A DNA stretch of 64,000 nt from Candidatus Wirthbacteria bacterium (GTDB taxonomy: Bacteria; Patescibacteriota; CG2-30-54-11), in contig CAISZI010000040.1 of NCBI GenBank assembly GCA_903889905.1, positions 148-64,147 of the forward strand. Direction: 5' to 3'. Every line of letters starts with the position of its first letter. Position 1 is the stretch's first letter. The notes below the pieces were generated by a model. It ran no database searches. It saw only the letters and a list, made by a program, of their open reading frames with translations, and was not told the DNA's origin. Positions 36,551-46,030 of the stretch are shown one piece after another. The position numbers were made by a program, and so were the translations under genes.

Positions 36551-37485
36551 TCGACTGCCGCGGGTTGTAATGTTTGTAAATACTGCTTCAGTTCCGGCGT
36601 GAGTGGCGCTTCAAACTGGGTTGATTCTTTGTGCCCAGGCAAACGAATGGCCAGTTGGAAAGCATGAAGAAATTGCCTGTCGAGTGTCGGGTCAGCCTTG
36701 CCGTAAGTCACATCACCCACCACGGGGTAGCCAATGGAGGCAAAGTGGACCCGGATTTGGTGCGTTCGCCCGGTATGCAAGGTAATGCGCAATAACGAAG
36801 AATTAACACCGTGACTGGTCGCTGATTGATAATAGCTGAGGACTTCGTAGCTGGTGCGCGCTTCGCGGCCGGCTGTGGTGATGGCCATTTTTTTGCGGTC
36901 GCGGCTGTCGCGGCCAATGGGGGAGTCAATTATGGCTGATGGCGGTTTGACAAAGCCATGCACCAGCGCAAGGTAGGTTTTGGACGTTGTGCGCCCGGCA
37001 AACTGTTTTTGCAGTTCAGCTTTGGCCTGGGCACTTTTGGCGATAATCATCACGCCGGACGTATCCTTGTCCAGGCGGTGGATGATGCCGGGGCGAAGGT
37101 CTGTGATGGGCTCAGGAGTTTGTTGCAGATGATGGAGGATGGCGTTGGCGAGCGTGCCATCCCAGTTGCCAAAAGCCGGATGGACCACCAGGTGCGCAGG
37201 TTTGTTGACCACGATGGCATCGTCATTTTCAAACAGGATATCGAGCGGGATATCCTGCGGGATGAGTGTGACTTCTTCACGTGTGGGCAGCACAATAGCG
37301 AGCGTTGCCCCGCCGATACAGCGCGCGCCGGCCTTGGTGACGATCTGGCCGTTTTGGGTGACCAGCCTGGCCTGAATGAGTTCCTGCGCCTTGGTACGGC
37401 TTAAATGGTCAACTTTGGTCGTGAGAAAAACATCCATGCGGATGGGCTGCTGGCCTTGATCGATGACGAGGTGAAGCGTTTTCAT
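36547..37485 (-). CDS. rluD: RluA-family 23S rRNA pseudouridine synthase (RluD-like) with an S4 domain
   Basis: HRLDKDTSG catalytic motif. Confidence 0.85.
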   Translation of the reverse strand: MKTLHLVIDQGQQPIRMDVFLTTKVDHLSRTKAQELIQARLVTQNGQIVTKAGARCIGGATLAIVLPTREEVTLIPQDIPLDILFENDDAIVVNKPAHLVVHPAFGNWDGTLANAILHHLQQTPEPITDLRPGIIHRLDKDTSGVMIIAKSAQAKAELQKQFAGRTTSKTYLALVHGFVKPPSAIIDSPIGRDSRDRKKMAITTAGREARTSYEVLSYYQSATSHGVNSSLLRITLHTGRTHQIRVHFASIGYPVVGDVTYGKADPTLDRQFLHAFQLAIRLPGHKESTQFEAPLTPELKQYLQTLQPAAVD

Positions 37486-37570
37486 GTGTTTGGTGATTAG
37501 AATTTAGGATTTACTTCTGATTGTACTATACTATGGCGGCTGTCATTTCTGAAATTGCTGAGGTATCGCT

Positions 37571-38554
37571 ATGAAAATTCTGGTGACCGGTGGCGCTGGT
37601 TTTATGGGAAGTTGTTTTATCCGGCGAATGTTGCATGAGCATTCAGACATTGCGGTGACAAACCTGGATTTGTTGACCTATGCCGGGAATCTGGAAAACC
37701 TAAAATCTGTGGAGCAAAGTCCACGTTACCGCTTTGTTCAGGGCGACATTGGCGACAGTGCGCTAATTAACAATCTCACACAGGGCATGGATGCCATTGT
37801 CAATTATGCTGCCGAAACGCATGTCGACCGCTCCATCCACGATCCGGCAGCTTTTGCCAGGACAGATGTCATGGGCATGCTGACGCTGCTGCAAGCCGTA
37901 CGCCAGAACAAGGTTCCCAAATTTGTGCAAATCAGTACCGATGAAGTTTACGGTTCGCTGGATGAGGGTGAATTTACCGAAGACAGTCCTTTTTTGCCCA
38001 ACAGTCCCTATGCCGCCAGCAAAGCCGGTGGTGACCTGATGTGCCGCGCCTATTATGAAACTTACCAGACCCCGGTAATCGTTACACACTCTTGCAATAA
38101 CTACGGGCCTTACCATTTCCCCGAAAAAATGATCCCACTCTTCATCACCCATCTGCTCGAAGGCAAGCAGATCCCTGTTTACGGTAGTGGCGCCAATGTA
38201 CGGGAATGGCTTTATGTGGAAGACCATGCGCGTGCCATTGATCTGATTCTGCACCAGGGCAAGGTCGGCGAAGTTTACAATATTGGCAGCGGATGTCGCA
38301 TGACGAATCTGCAGCTGACGCAACAATTACTGGAATTGCTTGAGCTAGGTGAGGATCGTATTGACTACGTCAAAGACCGGCTGGGGCATGACAGGCGCTA
38401 TGCGGTTAATTTTGATAAACTCAAACGTGAACTTGGATTTACGCCGGAGTGGTCACTGGCAGACGGTTTGCGCGCGACTGTCTCCTGGTATCGGGCCAAC
38501 CCGTTTTGGTGGCAAAAGTTGAAGCAAGCCAGTGACCCGTTTGTCAATAAATAA
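37571..38554 (+). CDS. rfbB: dTDP-glucose 4,6-dehydratase
   Basis: GGAGFMGS Rossmann motif and YAASK catalytic motif. Confidence 0.9.
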   Translation: MKILVTGGAGFMGSCFIRRMLHEHSDIAVTNLDLLTYAGNLENLKSVEQSPRYRFVQGDIGDSALINNLTQGMDAIVNYAAETHVDRSIHDPAAFARTDVMGMLTLLQAVRQNKVPKFVQISTDEVYGSLDEGEFTEDSPFLPNSPYAASKAGGDLMCRAYYETYQTPVIVTHSCNNYGPYHFPEKMIPLFITHLLEGKQIPVYGSGANVREWLYVEDHARAIDLILHQGKVGEVYNIGSGCRMTNLQLTQQLLELLELGEDRIDYVKDRLGHDRRYAVNFDKLKRELGFTPEWSLADGLRATVSWYRANPFWWQKLKQASDPFVNK

Positions 38555-38555
38555 C

Positions 38556-39185
38556 ATGCTCACTTTGTTTACCCATCTTGGACTTACTGGCAAGTTGACC
38601 ACCCACGATGATGGGGATTGTCTGACGGTACTTCCTCTTTCGCGGCAGGCTCTGGTCACTGCCGAGCAGGTGCATGGCAATCGTTTGGTCTGGGTTGGCG
38701 CCAGTGATGCAGGTAAGCGCATGCCCGCTGTGGATGGCTTGCTGACAAGTGCCAGGGGAGTTGGTCTTGGGATGCGTGTCGCCGATTGCGTACCGATCTA
38801 TATCTGGCATGAGACGGTCGCGATTTATGGACTGGTGCATGCCGGCTGGAAAGGTATTGCGGCGGGCATCGAGACCAGCCTTACCCTTGAACTCGCTCAA
38901 CATTATCCACTCTCGTCATATCACTTTTACCTGGGGCCGGCGATTGGCGCATGTTGTTTTACGCTGGGGGCCGAAGCTTACAGGCAACTGGTTGGAGCAG
39001 AACAAGCCAATGCGTCACAAACCGTTGATCTCCGACTTCTCCTAAATAATCAGCTTGTCAGCCTTGGGGTCCCGGCCGTAAACATACAATGTGATGAGCG
39101 CTGCACCTGTTGCGACAAACAGTTTTATTCCTATCGCCGCGATCACACTCCTTTTCGGATGCTGGCGACCTGTGTGATGTCATGA
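38556..39185 (+). CDS. pgeF: YfiH/PgeF-family (DUF152) purine nucleoside phosphorylase/laccase-domain protein
   Basis: HAGWKG and C..H motifs. Start uncertain (38532 or 38556). Confidence 0.65.
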   Translation: MLTLFTHLGLTGKLTTHDDGDCLTVLPLSRQALVTAEQVHGNRLVWVGASDAGKRMPAVDGLLTSARGVGLGMRVADCVPIYIWHETVAIYGLVHAGWKGIAAGIETSLTLELAQHYPLSSYHFYLGPAIGACCFTLGAEAYRQLVGAEQANASQTVDLRLLLNNQLVSLGVPAVNIQCDERCTCCDKQFYSYRRDHTPFRMLATCVMS

Positions 39186-39244
39186 GCGTATAAATTTGTT
39201 AGAATGCGGGCAGTTATATTAGTCTAAACCAAACGAGGAATGTT

Positions 39245-40219
39245 TTGATTTACGGACATGAGAAAGCACGCGACTACTTGGCAGCAATGCTACAGCAGGG
39301 CAAACCAGCGCACGCCATCATGCTGATTGGTCCAGCCCAGATTGGCAAATTTCTGGTGGCGGAAGAATTCGCTGGAGCATTGTTGTGTGACCATTCGCAC
39401 CAAGGCAAAGCCTGTGGGCAATGCAAATCCTGCCAGATGATGCAGCGGCATGCCCACCCGGATGTGCTGCTGCTGTCACCCGATGCAGGCAAACAGACCA
39501 TTTCCGTGGAAACTTATCGGCAGGTGGAAGTGCAACTCTCGACCAGTGCCTTCATGGGTAAGCATAAAGTGTTGATTGTCCGCGATATGGATATGGCCAA
39601 TAACAGCGTGCAAAACGCAGCGCTCAAAACCATTGAAGAACCGCCCCGGGGCGTCATTCTGATTTTACTTTGTGCCCAGCGTGACCTGATTTTGCCGACG
39701 ATTTTGTCACGCGTCCTGCTGCTCAATTTAAATGATTTGCCCGTGGCTCAAACCCAGCAGTTTTTAGCAGAAAAGAAACTTGACGGCGACTGGGCCATGT
39801 TGTTACAGCTGCTTTGCGGGGGCAGGCCGGGAAAAATTTTGCAGCTACTGGCGCAGGAGGATTACCAGATTTCATTGTTGGCGCAGATCAGTGGTCATCT
39901 GGAGCTCCTGGGGCAGACCACGCAGGAACGCATGCGCGCACTGGCCATGCTCAAAATTGACAGTCTGGAGGGTGCATTGAACTGGCTTGATTTTGAACTG
40001 CAGCTGCTGCGCGAATGCGGCCGGTCAAATAGTCATTTATTTGCTATAATGCAGCGGCTGGGGCACACGACACTGTCAGTTGATTGCAGTCAGCCGGCGA
40101 GGCTGGAGCAATTGCAGGCAAGTATGCGTCGTGGTATTGAAATCCGCGGATACCTCAAAGCGGGTATGAATTTTTCACTGCACTTAAACCAATTTTTACT
40201 TTCGCTTCCCCAATTATAG
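39245..40219 (+). CDS. holB: DNA polymerase III delta' subunit (AAA+ clamp-loader)
   Basis: GPAQIGK P-loop, CxxC zinc module and SRV/SRC motif (LSRVLLL). TTG start. Confidence 0.75.
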   Translation: MIYGHEKARDYLAAMLQQGKPAHAIMLIGPAQIGKFLVAEEFAGALLCDHSHQGKACGQCKSCQMMQRHAHPDVLLLSPDAGKQTISVETYRQVEVQLSTSAFMGKHKVLIVRDMDMANNSVQNAALKTIEEPPRGVILILLCAQRDLILPTILSRVLLLNLNDLPVAQTQQFLAEKKLDGDWAMLLQLLCGGRPGKILQLLAQEDYQISLLAQISGHLELLGQTTQERMRALAMLKIDSLEGALNWLDFELQLLRECGRSNSHLFAIMQRLGHTTLSVDCSQPARLEQLQASMRRGIEIRGYLKAGMNFSLHLNQFLLSLPQL

Positions 40220-40231
40220 TTAGGAGCGCGG

Positions 40232-41086
40232 ATGGCAGTAACGGATTTAGTCGATGTGGTGGGAGTCACCTTTCAAAATAACGGCCAGATTTATTATTTT
40301 ACACCTGGACAGCATAGTCTCAAGCCCAAGCAGCAGGTACTGGTAGAAACCACCAAAGGCAAGGAAGTCGGTTTGATTAAATTCATGACCAAATTGCACC
40401 TGTCCAAGGTTACCGTGCCACTTAAGGAAATTTTGCGTGAAGCCACGGAAGCCGAAATTCTCGACAAGCAAAGTTACGCAGATAAAGTCGCAGCAACACT
40501 CAAAACCTGTGCTGCCAAAGTGGTGGAACATGGACTTTCGATGAAACTGGTGGATGCCAGTTATTCCTATGATGGCAAGCGGTTGACTTTTTATTTCACA
40601 GCCGAGGGACGGGTTGATTTCCGGGAACTGGTCAAGGATCTGGCCAAAGTGTTTTGTACGCGCATCGATCTCAAACAAATCGGCCCGCGGGATGAATCCA
40701 AACTCAAAAACGGCATGGGCATCTGTGGACGCGTCCTGTGCTGCGGCAGCTGTCTTGTCCGCCCCAATTCCCCGACGATCAAAATGGCACGCAATCAGCA
40801 GCTCAGCACCCGCAATACTGACAAGATCTCCGGCCTGTGCGGTCGCCTCAAATGCTGTCTCGAGTACGAAGACGAAACGTATGAAGCCTTACAGAAGAAT
40901 CTGATCGAGATTGGCAGCATTGTCAGTTACAAAGGCAAGGAAATGAAGCTGATCGATTACAAACTGCTCAAACAAAACGCACTGCTGATCGAAGTGGTTG
41001 ACGGTATGAACCGTTATGTCGAAATACCCATCGCGGATCTTGTTGTTGTCAAACCAGCTGTTCAATCGGTGGAAAACCATTCATGA
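40232..41086 (+). CDS. ricT: PSP1 C-terminal-domain protein (RicT/YaaT-like)
   Basis: Conserved Cys cluster (CGRVLCCGSCL...CGRLKCCLEYE). Classic position after holB. AGGAG RBS. Confidence 0.8.
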   Translation: MAVTDLVDVVGVTFQNNGQIYYFTPGQHSLKPKQQVLVETTKGKEVGLIKFMTKLHLSKVTVPLKEILREATEAEILDKQSYADKVAATLKTCAAKVVEHGLSMKLVDASYSYDGKRLTFYFTAEGRVDFRELVKDLAKVFCTRIDLKQIGPRDESKLKNGMGICGRVLCCGSCLVRPNSPTIKMARNQQLSTRNTDKISGLCGRLKCCLEYEDETYEALQKNLIEIGSIVSYKGKEMKLIDYKLLKQNALLIEVVDGMNRYVEIPIADLVVVKPAVQSVENHS

Positions 41087-42207
41087 ACAACGTGGTTCTG
41101 AATTTCGCTTTTGGCATTTCCCTGACATTGCTGCTGGCGGGCATTGCTGTCCTGCTAAGTTTGTTTTTGCCCGAACGCGCGCAGGAAAAAACACTGGAGA
41201 CGGTACACGAGCGGACGCATTTGCAGGAACAACGCAAACTATCCCTGACACGGCGGGCACGACTTGCACTGAAGCAGGGGATTTTTGAATTTGCCGAGGA
41301 CTTGCTTTATCAGGCAAGTGGCATTGACGACCGGGACGCGGCGGTTTTGGAGCAACTGGCTGTTTCATTGCAAAAACAGGGGAAATTCCACAAAGCCAGA
41401 ATTATTGCCGAAAAACTGGTAGGGTTGGTTCCGACCGAAGCCAATTTGAATCAGCTTGGTGTCATCTATCAGGCGATTGGCGATGAAGACGAGGACATTG
41501 CCTATTACGAACGCAGTATTGCCTGCTATCAGGCAGTGCTCAAAAAAAATCCGGATAATCTGGACTCATTGATTGGTATTGGTAAAGCATTTGAGCATAG
41601 CGGTGATAACGTGGGAGCCATTGCTTCTTTTCTTAAAGTCATTGAGCAGCATCCACATCAATACGAAATTGTGGTCAGAGTGGCAGATTTGTTCAGAGCT
41701 TTGCGCGACCTCAAAGGACTGGAAACGCATTTGCTCAAGGCAGTCGATTATTTTCCCGAAGATGCAGAGATTTTTAAACGACTCACTGAGTTATATTTTC
41801 GCCAGAAACGTTTTACCGATATTGTCGCCATGGAGCCCAAGTTAACTCCGGGCAAACTGGCCGAGGACAGCGTCGTCAAGTGTCTGTCTCTCAGCTATTT
41901 TTATCTCAAATCCTATGTCGACGCCAAACGCCTGATCGAAATGCTGGTCGAACGGGATCCCGGGCGTGCCAGTCATTATTATAATTACGCGTTGATTTTG
42001 CATGCCATGGGAGACAAAAAGCTGGCACTGGCGCAGTTGCAGAAAAGCATTGACCGGGATGATACCACGGCTGCTTTTTACTATCTGCGCGCCAAAATTT
42101 GTCTTGAACTGGGCAACAAAGCTGACGCTATTCCCGCGCTGCAACGCGTTGTGGAACTGGATGGCGATCACTTTGAGGCACGCCAGCAACTGCGGAGGCT
42201 GGCCTGA
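41083..42207 (+). CDS. TPR-repeat protein with an N-terminal membrane anchor
   Basis: Repeated A/Y/L-rich 34-aa units plus an N-terminal hydrophobic helix. Confidence 0.55.
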   Translation: MNNVVLNFAFGISLTLLLAGIAVLLSLFLPERAQEKTLETVHERTHLQEQRKLSLTRRARLALKQGIFEFAEDLLYQASGIDDRDAAVLEQLAVSLQKQGKFHKARIIAEKLVGLVPTEANLNQLGVIYQAIGDEDEDIAYYERSIACYQAVLKKNPDNLDSLIGIGKAFEHSGDNVGAIASFLKVIEQHPHQYEIVVRVADLFRALRDLKGLETHLLKAVDYFPEDAEIFKRLTELYFRQKRFTDIVAMEPKLTPGKLAEDSVVKCLSLSYFYLKSYVDAKRLIEMLVERDPGRASHYYNYALILHAMGDKKLALAQLQKSIDRDDTTAAFYYLRAKICLELGNKADAIPALQRVVELDGDHFEARQQLRRLA

Positions 42208-42920
42208 TGCACCGTTTTTATGTGGACACACCGCTTGCTGCCTGTAGCGACCTTACCCTCGACAAAATCCAGTCGCACCAGATCGAACACGTTCTCAGGC
42301 TCAAGCCGGGGGAGGCACTGCGGGTGTTTAATCAAGGCGGTGAATTTGAAGCAGTGATCGCTGCCATTGACCGGCATCAGGTGCGTGTCGCGCTGCAGTC
42401 GCCTCTGGCCATTGCGCTCCCCGGTGCCGTGGCAATTACTTTGTTTGTCGCCATGATCAAGCCTGCCAAAATGGATTGGCTGGTGCAAAAAGCCACGGAA
42501 CTGGGCGTACGTGAAATTGTTCCGCTCAAAACCAAGCGTTCGCAGGTGGAGCATTTCAATCACGAACGTTTTGGTAAAATTGCCCAGGAAGCCACGGAGC
42601 AGTGCGAACGCCTGGATATTCCTTCGCTTTGCGCCATCGTATCCCTGCCAGACGCCCTGTCTAAGTTTAAGGGTCTAAAACTGGTTGCCTGTGAGCGGCA
42701 TGGTCAAAATCCATTGCCGGATATTTTTGCCAAACGGCCCGAGATGCCAGCGCAGATTGGCTTGTTTATCGGTCCGGAAGGCGGTTGGACAGAGGATGAG
42801 ATTGTCTTGTCCAGCCAATGTGGAGCACAGCGCGTGGGGTTGGGGAAACGCATTTTGCGCACCGAGACAGCCTGCTTGACACTACTGGCACTGGTACAGC
42901 ATTATGTCGGTGAGATTTAG
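42207..42920 (+). CDS. rsmE: 16S rRNA (uracil1498-N3)-methyltransferase
   Basis: SPOUT fold with GPEGGW motif. Confidence 0.8.
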   Translation: MHRFYVDTPLAACSDLTLDKIQSHQIEHVLRLKPGEALRVFNQGGEFEAVIAAIDRHQVRVALQSPLAIALPGAVAITLFVAMIKPAKMDWLVQKATELGVREIVPLKTKRSQVEHFNHERFGKIAQEATEQCERLDIPSLCAIVSLPDALSKFKGLKLVACERHGQNPLPDIFAKRPEMPAQIGLFIGPEGGWTEDEIVLSSQCGAQRVGLGKRILRTETACLTLLALVQHYVGEI

Positions 42921-42941
42921 CTTTTTGGGAGGAACTGCCAG

Positions 42942-43424
42942 ATGGAAATAAAGTCAGTGGCGATTGAAAAACCATTGGAAGTCAATTTTATCCTGGGGCA
43001 GTCACATTTTATTAAAACCGTGGAAGATATCCAGGAAGCCATGGCGAACGTCAATCCTGCCATCCAATACGGTTTGGCTTTTGCCGAATCCTCGGGCCCC
43101 TGCCTGATTCGCAAAGCCGGTAATAAACCTGAATTGGTGGAACTCGCGGTCAAGAATTTGCAAGCGATTGGTTGTGGTCACAGCTTTATCCTGTTCCTGG
43201 GCAATGCCTTTCCCATCAATGTGTTACCCACGTTACGGGCCATTCCCGAGATCGTGGGGTTTTATTGTGCCACCGCCAATACTTGTGAGGTGATTGTGGC
43301 CGAAACCAGCCTTGGCCGGGGCATCATGGGCGTTGTCGACGGGGGAGTGCCGCAGGGCGTGGAAAATGATAAAGAGGCCCAGGCCCGCAACCAGTTGCTG
43401 AAGCATTTTGGCTATAAATTTTAG
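42942..43424 (+). CDS. Adenosine-specific-kinase-like (PF04008-type) small protein
   Basis: 160-aa length and composition typical of this family. GGGAGG RBS. Assignment by eye. Confidence 0.45.
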   Translation: MEIKSVAIEKPLEVNFILGQSHFIKTVEDIQEAMANVNPAIQYGLAFAESSGPCLIRKAGNKPELVELAVKNLQAIGCGHSFILFLGNAFPINVLPTLRAIPEIVGFYCATANTCEVIVAETSLGRGIMGVVDGGVPQGVENDKEAQARNQLLKHFGYKF

Positions 43425-43509
43425 AATAAGCTGGAGACGTTGCCACGGGAAGTCAGTTTTGGTATTATTACTTGCGTCGTCAGATTTTTTAGAGAAAGGG
43501 GTGAGGTAA

Positions 43510-43704
43510 TTGTTAAAAGTTAATGTCGGCAAGACAGAACCAGTCGAAGCGGCGCTTAAGCGTTTGCTGAAGAAGGTACAGAAGGCCGGACTGATTGCAG
43601 AAGTCAAACGCCGTGAGTTTTTCGAATCGCCAGAACTCCGCAAAAAACGCCGTAAAGCCGCGGCCATCCGCAAAGAACGTAAAAAAGCAGGACTTCCCCT
43701 CTAA
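43510..43704 (+). CDS. rpsU: 30S ribosomal protein S21
   Basis: AEVKRREFFESPELRKKRRKAAAIRK. TTG start. Confidence 0.8.
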   Translation: MLKVNVGKTEPVEAALKRLLKKVQKAGLIAEVKRREFFESPELRKKRRKAAAIRKERKKAGLPL

Positions 43705-43721
43705 AGTAGTGGACCTGACAT

Positions 43722-43760
43722 CAAACCCTCAAGCTCTGGCAGTGTTGAGGGTTTTTTTGT
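43722..43760 (+). terminator. Rho-independent terminator after rpsU (AAACCCTCAA...TTGAGGGTTT plus 6 T)
   Basis: Hairpin plus T-run read directly. Confidence 0.6.
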
Positions 43761-43778
43761 TCTTACTGAGGAATTGCT

Positions 43779-44225
43779 ATGGTAGCAAAACTATTTGAAC
43801 AGCTTCGCCATGACCTCAAAAGTGCGATGCTCAATCACGAAGATCTCCGCAAAGATACGATTCGCCTGATCATTGCTGCGTTTAAAAAAATAGAAGCCGA
43901 TACTGGCAAAGACGTTGACGATGATGATTGCCTGAACATTCTGCTGCGGGAAAAGAAAACCCGCCAGGAAAGTGTGGAACAGTACCGCCTGGGAGGCCGT
44001 GAAGATTTGGCGCAGAGAGAGCTGGCCGAGATCAGTATCATCGACCTGTATCTGCCAGTACCAATGAGTGATGCCGATGTGGAAGCTACAGTAGCGCGCG
44101 TCATGGCTGAGACGGAAGCTGTGACAGCCAAGGACATGGGCAAAGTCATGGCTGGCCTGGGAGCCTTGCGCGGGAAAGCTGACATGAAAAAAGTGAGTGC
44201 ACTGGTACGGGCAAAACTTAGCTAA
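43779..44225 (+). CDS. yqeY: GatB/YqeY-domain protein
   Basis: Family signature and the conserved rpsU–yqeY linkage. Confidence 0.8.
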   Translation: MVAKLFEQLRHDLKSAMLNHEDLRKDTIRLIIAAFKKIEADTGKDVDDDDCLNILLREKKTRQESVEQYRLGGREDLAQRELAEISIIDLYLPVPMSDADVEATVARVMAETEAVTAKDMGKVMAGLGALRGKADMKKVSALVRAKLS

Positions 44226-44240
44226 TTTGGGAAAACGACC

Positions 44241-45197
44241 ATGACTTTTCTGGTAAGTGGTTCCATTGCCTATGACAATATCATGACGTTTGGTGGCAAA
44301 TTCAAAGAGCACATCCTGCCCGACAAAATGCATGTGCTGAATGTCAGTTTTCTGGTGGACTCGATGCACAAGAATTTTGGTGGAACGGGTGGTAACATTG
44401 CTTACAATTTGCGACTTCTGGATCAACCGGTTAGTTTGTTTGGCACGGTGGGGAAGGATTTTGACAGTTATCGCGAGCATTGCCTCAGTCAGGGCATCGA
44501 CTTGAGTGGCGTGCGGGAATTTGCCGATCTGCATACCGCATCGTGCTTCATTACTACTGACCGTGACAATAATCAGATCACCGGTTTCTATCCGGGCGCG
44601 ATGACGAAATCTGCAGCCACCCAGATCGCGATGCTCTCGAATTTGAGTGAGATCGACTTTGCCATCATTGCGCCAGACGATCCCAAAGCCATGCTCGAGC
44701 ACGCGGAGCAGTGTCGGCTTGCTCGCATTCCCTTTGTCATGGACATTGGACAGCAGGTGATTGCTTTCGGTGGCGAAGACTTGCTGGCAGCGATTGCGGG
44801 GGCGACGACGCTTATTGGCAACGATTATGAAATTGAAACGTTTCAACGCAAAACGGGTAAAACTTTAAAGCAGCTGCTCGCTGAGCTGGATTATCTGATC
44901 GTCACCAAGGGCGGTAGTGGATCAGTGATTCATACTGCTGCCGCATCATTTGACATCCCTGCGGCTGAGCCCACACAAGTCGTTGATCCTACTGGTGCCG
45001 GCGACGCCTATCGGGCTGGCATTCTGACCGGACTTAAGCTGCAATTACCCTTGGCACAAACCGGGCGCATTGCCAGTTTGATTGCATGCTATGCCGTTGA
45101 GGAATATGGCACCCAAAACCATCACTTCAGTCACCACGATTTTTGTACCCGTTATCAGCAGAATTTTGATCAGGTTTGTCCAATTCTATTAAATTGA
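44241..45197 (+). CDS. PfkB-family carbohydrate/nucleoside kinase (candidate adenosine kinase)
   Basis: GG motif (FGGTGGN) and the DPTGAGDA anion-hole/catalytic motif. Confidence 0.75.
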   Translation: MTFLVSGSIAYDNIMTFGGKFKEHILPDKMHVLNVSFLVDSMHKNFGGTGGNIAYNLRLLDQPVSLFGTVGKDFDSYREHCLSQGIDLSGVREFADLHTASCFITTDRDNNQITGFYPGAMTKSAATQIAMLSNLSEIDFAIIAPDDPKAMLEHAEQCRLARIPFVMDIGQQVIAFGGEDLLAAIAGATTLIGNDYEIETFQRKTGKTLKQLLAELDYLIVTKGGSGSVIHTAAASFDIPAAEPTQVVDPTGAGDAYRAGILTGLKLQLPLAQTGRIASLIACYAVEEYGTQNHHFSHHDFCTRYQQNFDQVCPILLN

Positions 45198-45205
45198 GGC
45201 CGAAG

Positions 45206-46030
45206 ATGCGACCCACGCTGGATAAGAGCACGACGCCGATTGTTACCATCACCACTGACTTTGGCGAGCATTTTGCCACGGCGCAGATGGAAGGGGTTCT
45301 GCTTGGCATCAACCCAACTGTCAAAATCGTCAACATTACTGACCATGTAAGGCCTTTCAATATTCTGGAAGGTAGCTTTATTCTGATGCAAACCAGTCGC
45401 TTTTTTCCCAGCGGCACCATACACGTCGCCATTGTCGATCCTGGTGTTGGCTCCAAGCGGCGCGGACTGGTAATCAAAACACATAAATCGTACTTTATCG
45501 GACCAGATAATGGCTTGTTTATGCCGATTATCAAAAATCAGGTGTTTGAGTGGGCGATCGCGATCGATGAAGAACATTTTCCCAATAAATCCAACACTTT
45601 TCATGGCCGCGACGTGTTTATCAAAATCGCCGGGTTTCTTTCTCGTGGCGACGATGTGTCCAAACTAGGTGACAAAATTGATCTGGCCGCATTGGTTCCC
45701 ATGGACCTGCATCTGGACCAGATTGTGCATATCGATGGCTTTGGCAATATCAAAATTAACCGTGCCGCGCTCACTGTCCCGTTTGGAACTGTCGTCCCTG
45801 TCGTCCACAAGGAACGCGAATTTACCGCACGCTATGAACGTACCTTTAGCGATGTTGGTATTGGGGAATGGGTACTGGCGGTGGGCAGCCATGACGTACT
45901 GGAACTGGCCATGAATCAGGGCAATGCGTCCAAGGTGCTGGGTGCCCGAGTGGGCGATGTGGTCTCCGTGACGGAACCAGACAATGTTTCCAGCCAGACT
46001 GGACCAACGTTGTTTGAAATCAATAATTAA
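45206..46030 (+). CDS. S-adenosyl-L-methionine hydroxide adenosyltransferase (SAM hydrolase, DUF62)
   Basis: VTITTDFG and [10 protein letters not shown] motifs of the fluorinase/chlorinase-like SAM hydrolase family. Confidence 0.75.
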   Translation: MRPTLDKSTTPIVTITTDFGEHFATAQMEGVLLGINPTVKIVNITDHVRPFNILEGSFILMQTSRFFPSGTIHVAIVDPGVGSKRRGLVIKTHKSYFIGPDNGLFMPIIKNQVFEWAIAIDEEHFPNKSNTFHGRDVFIKIAGFLSRGDDVSKLGDKIDLAALVPMDLHLDQIVHIDGFGNIKINRAALTVPFGTVVPVVHKEREFTARYERTFSDVGIGEWVLAVGSHDVLELAMNQGNASKVLGARVGDVVSVTEPDNVSSQTGPTLFEINN

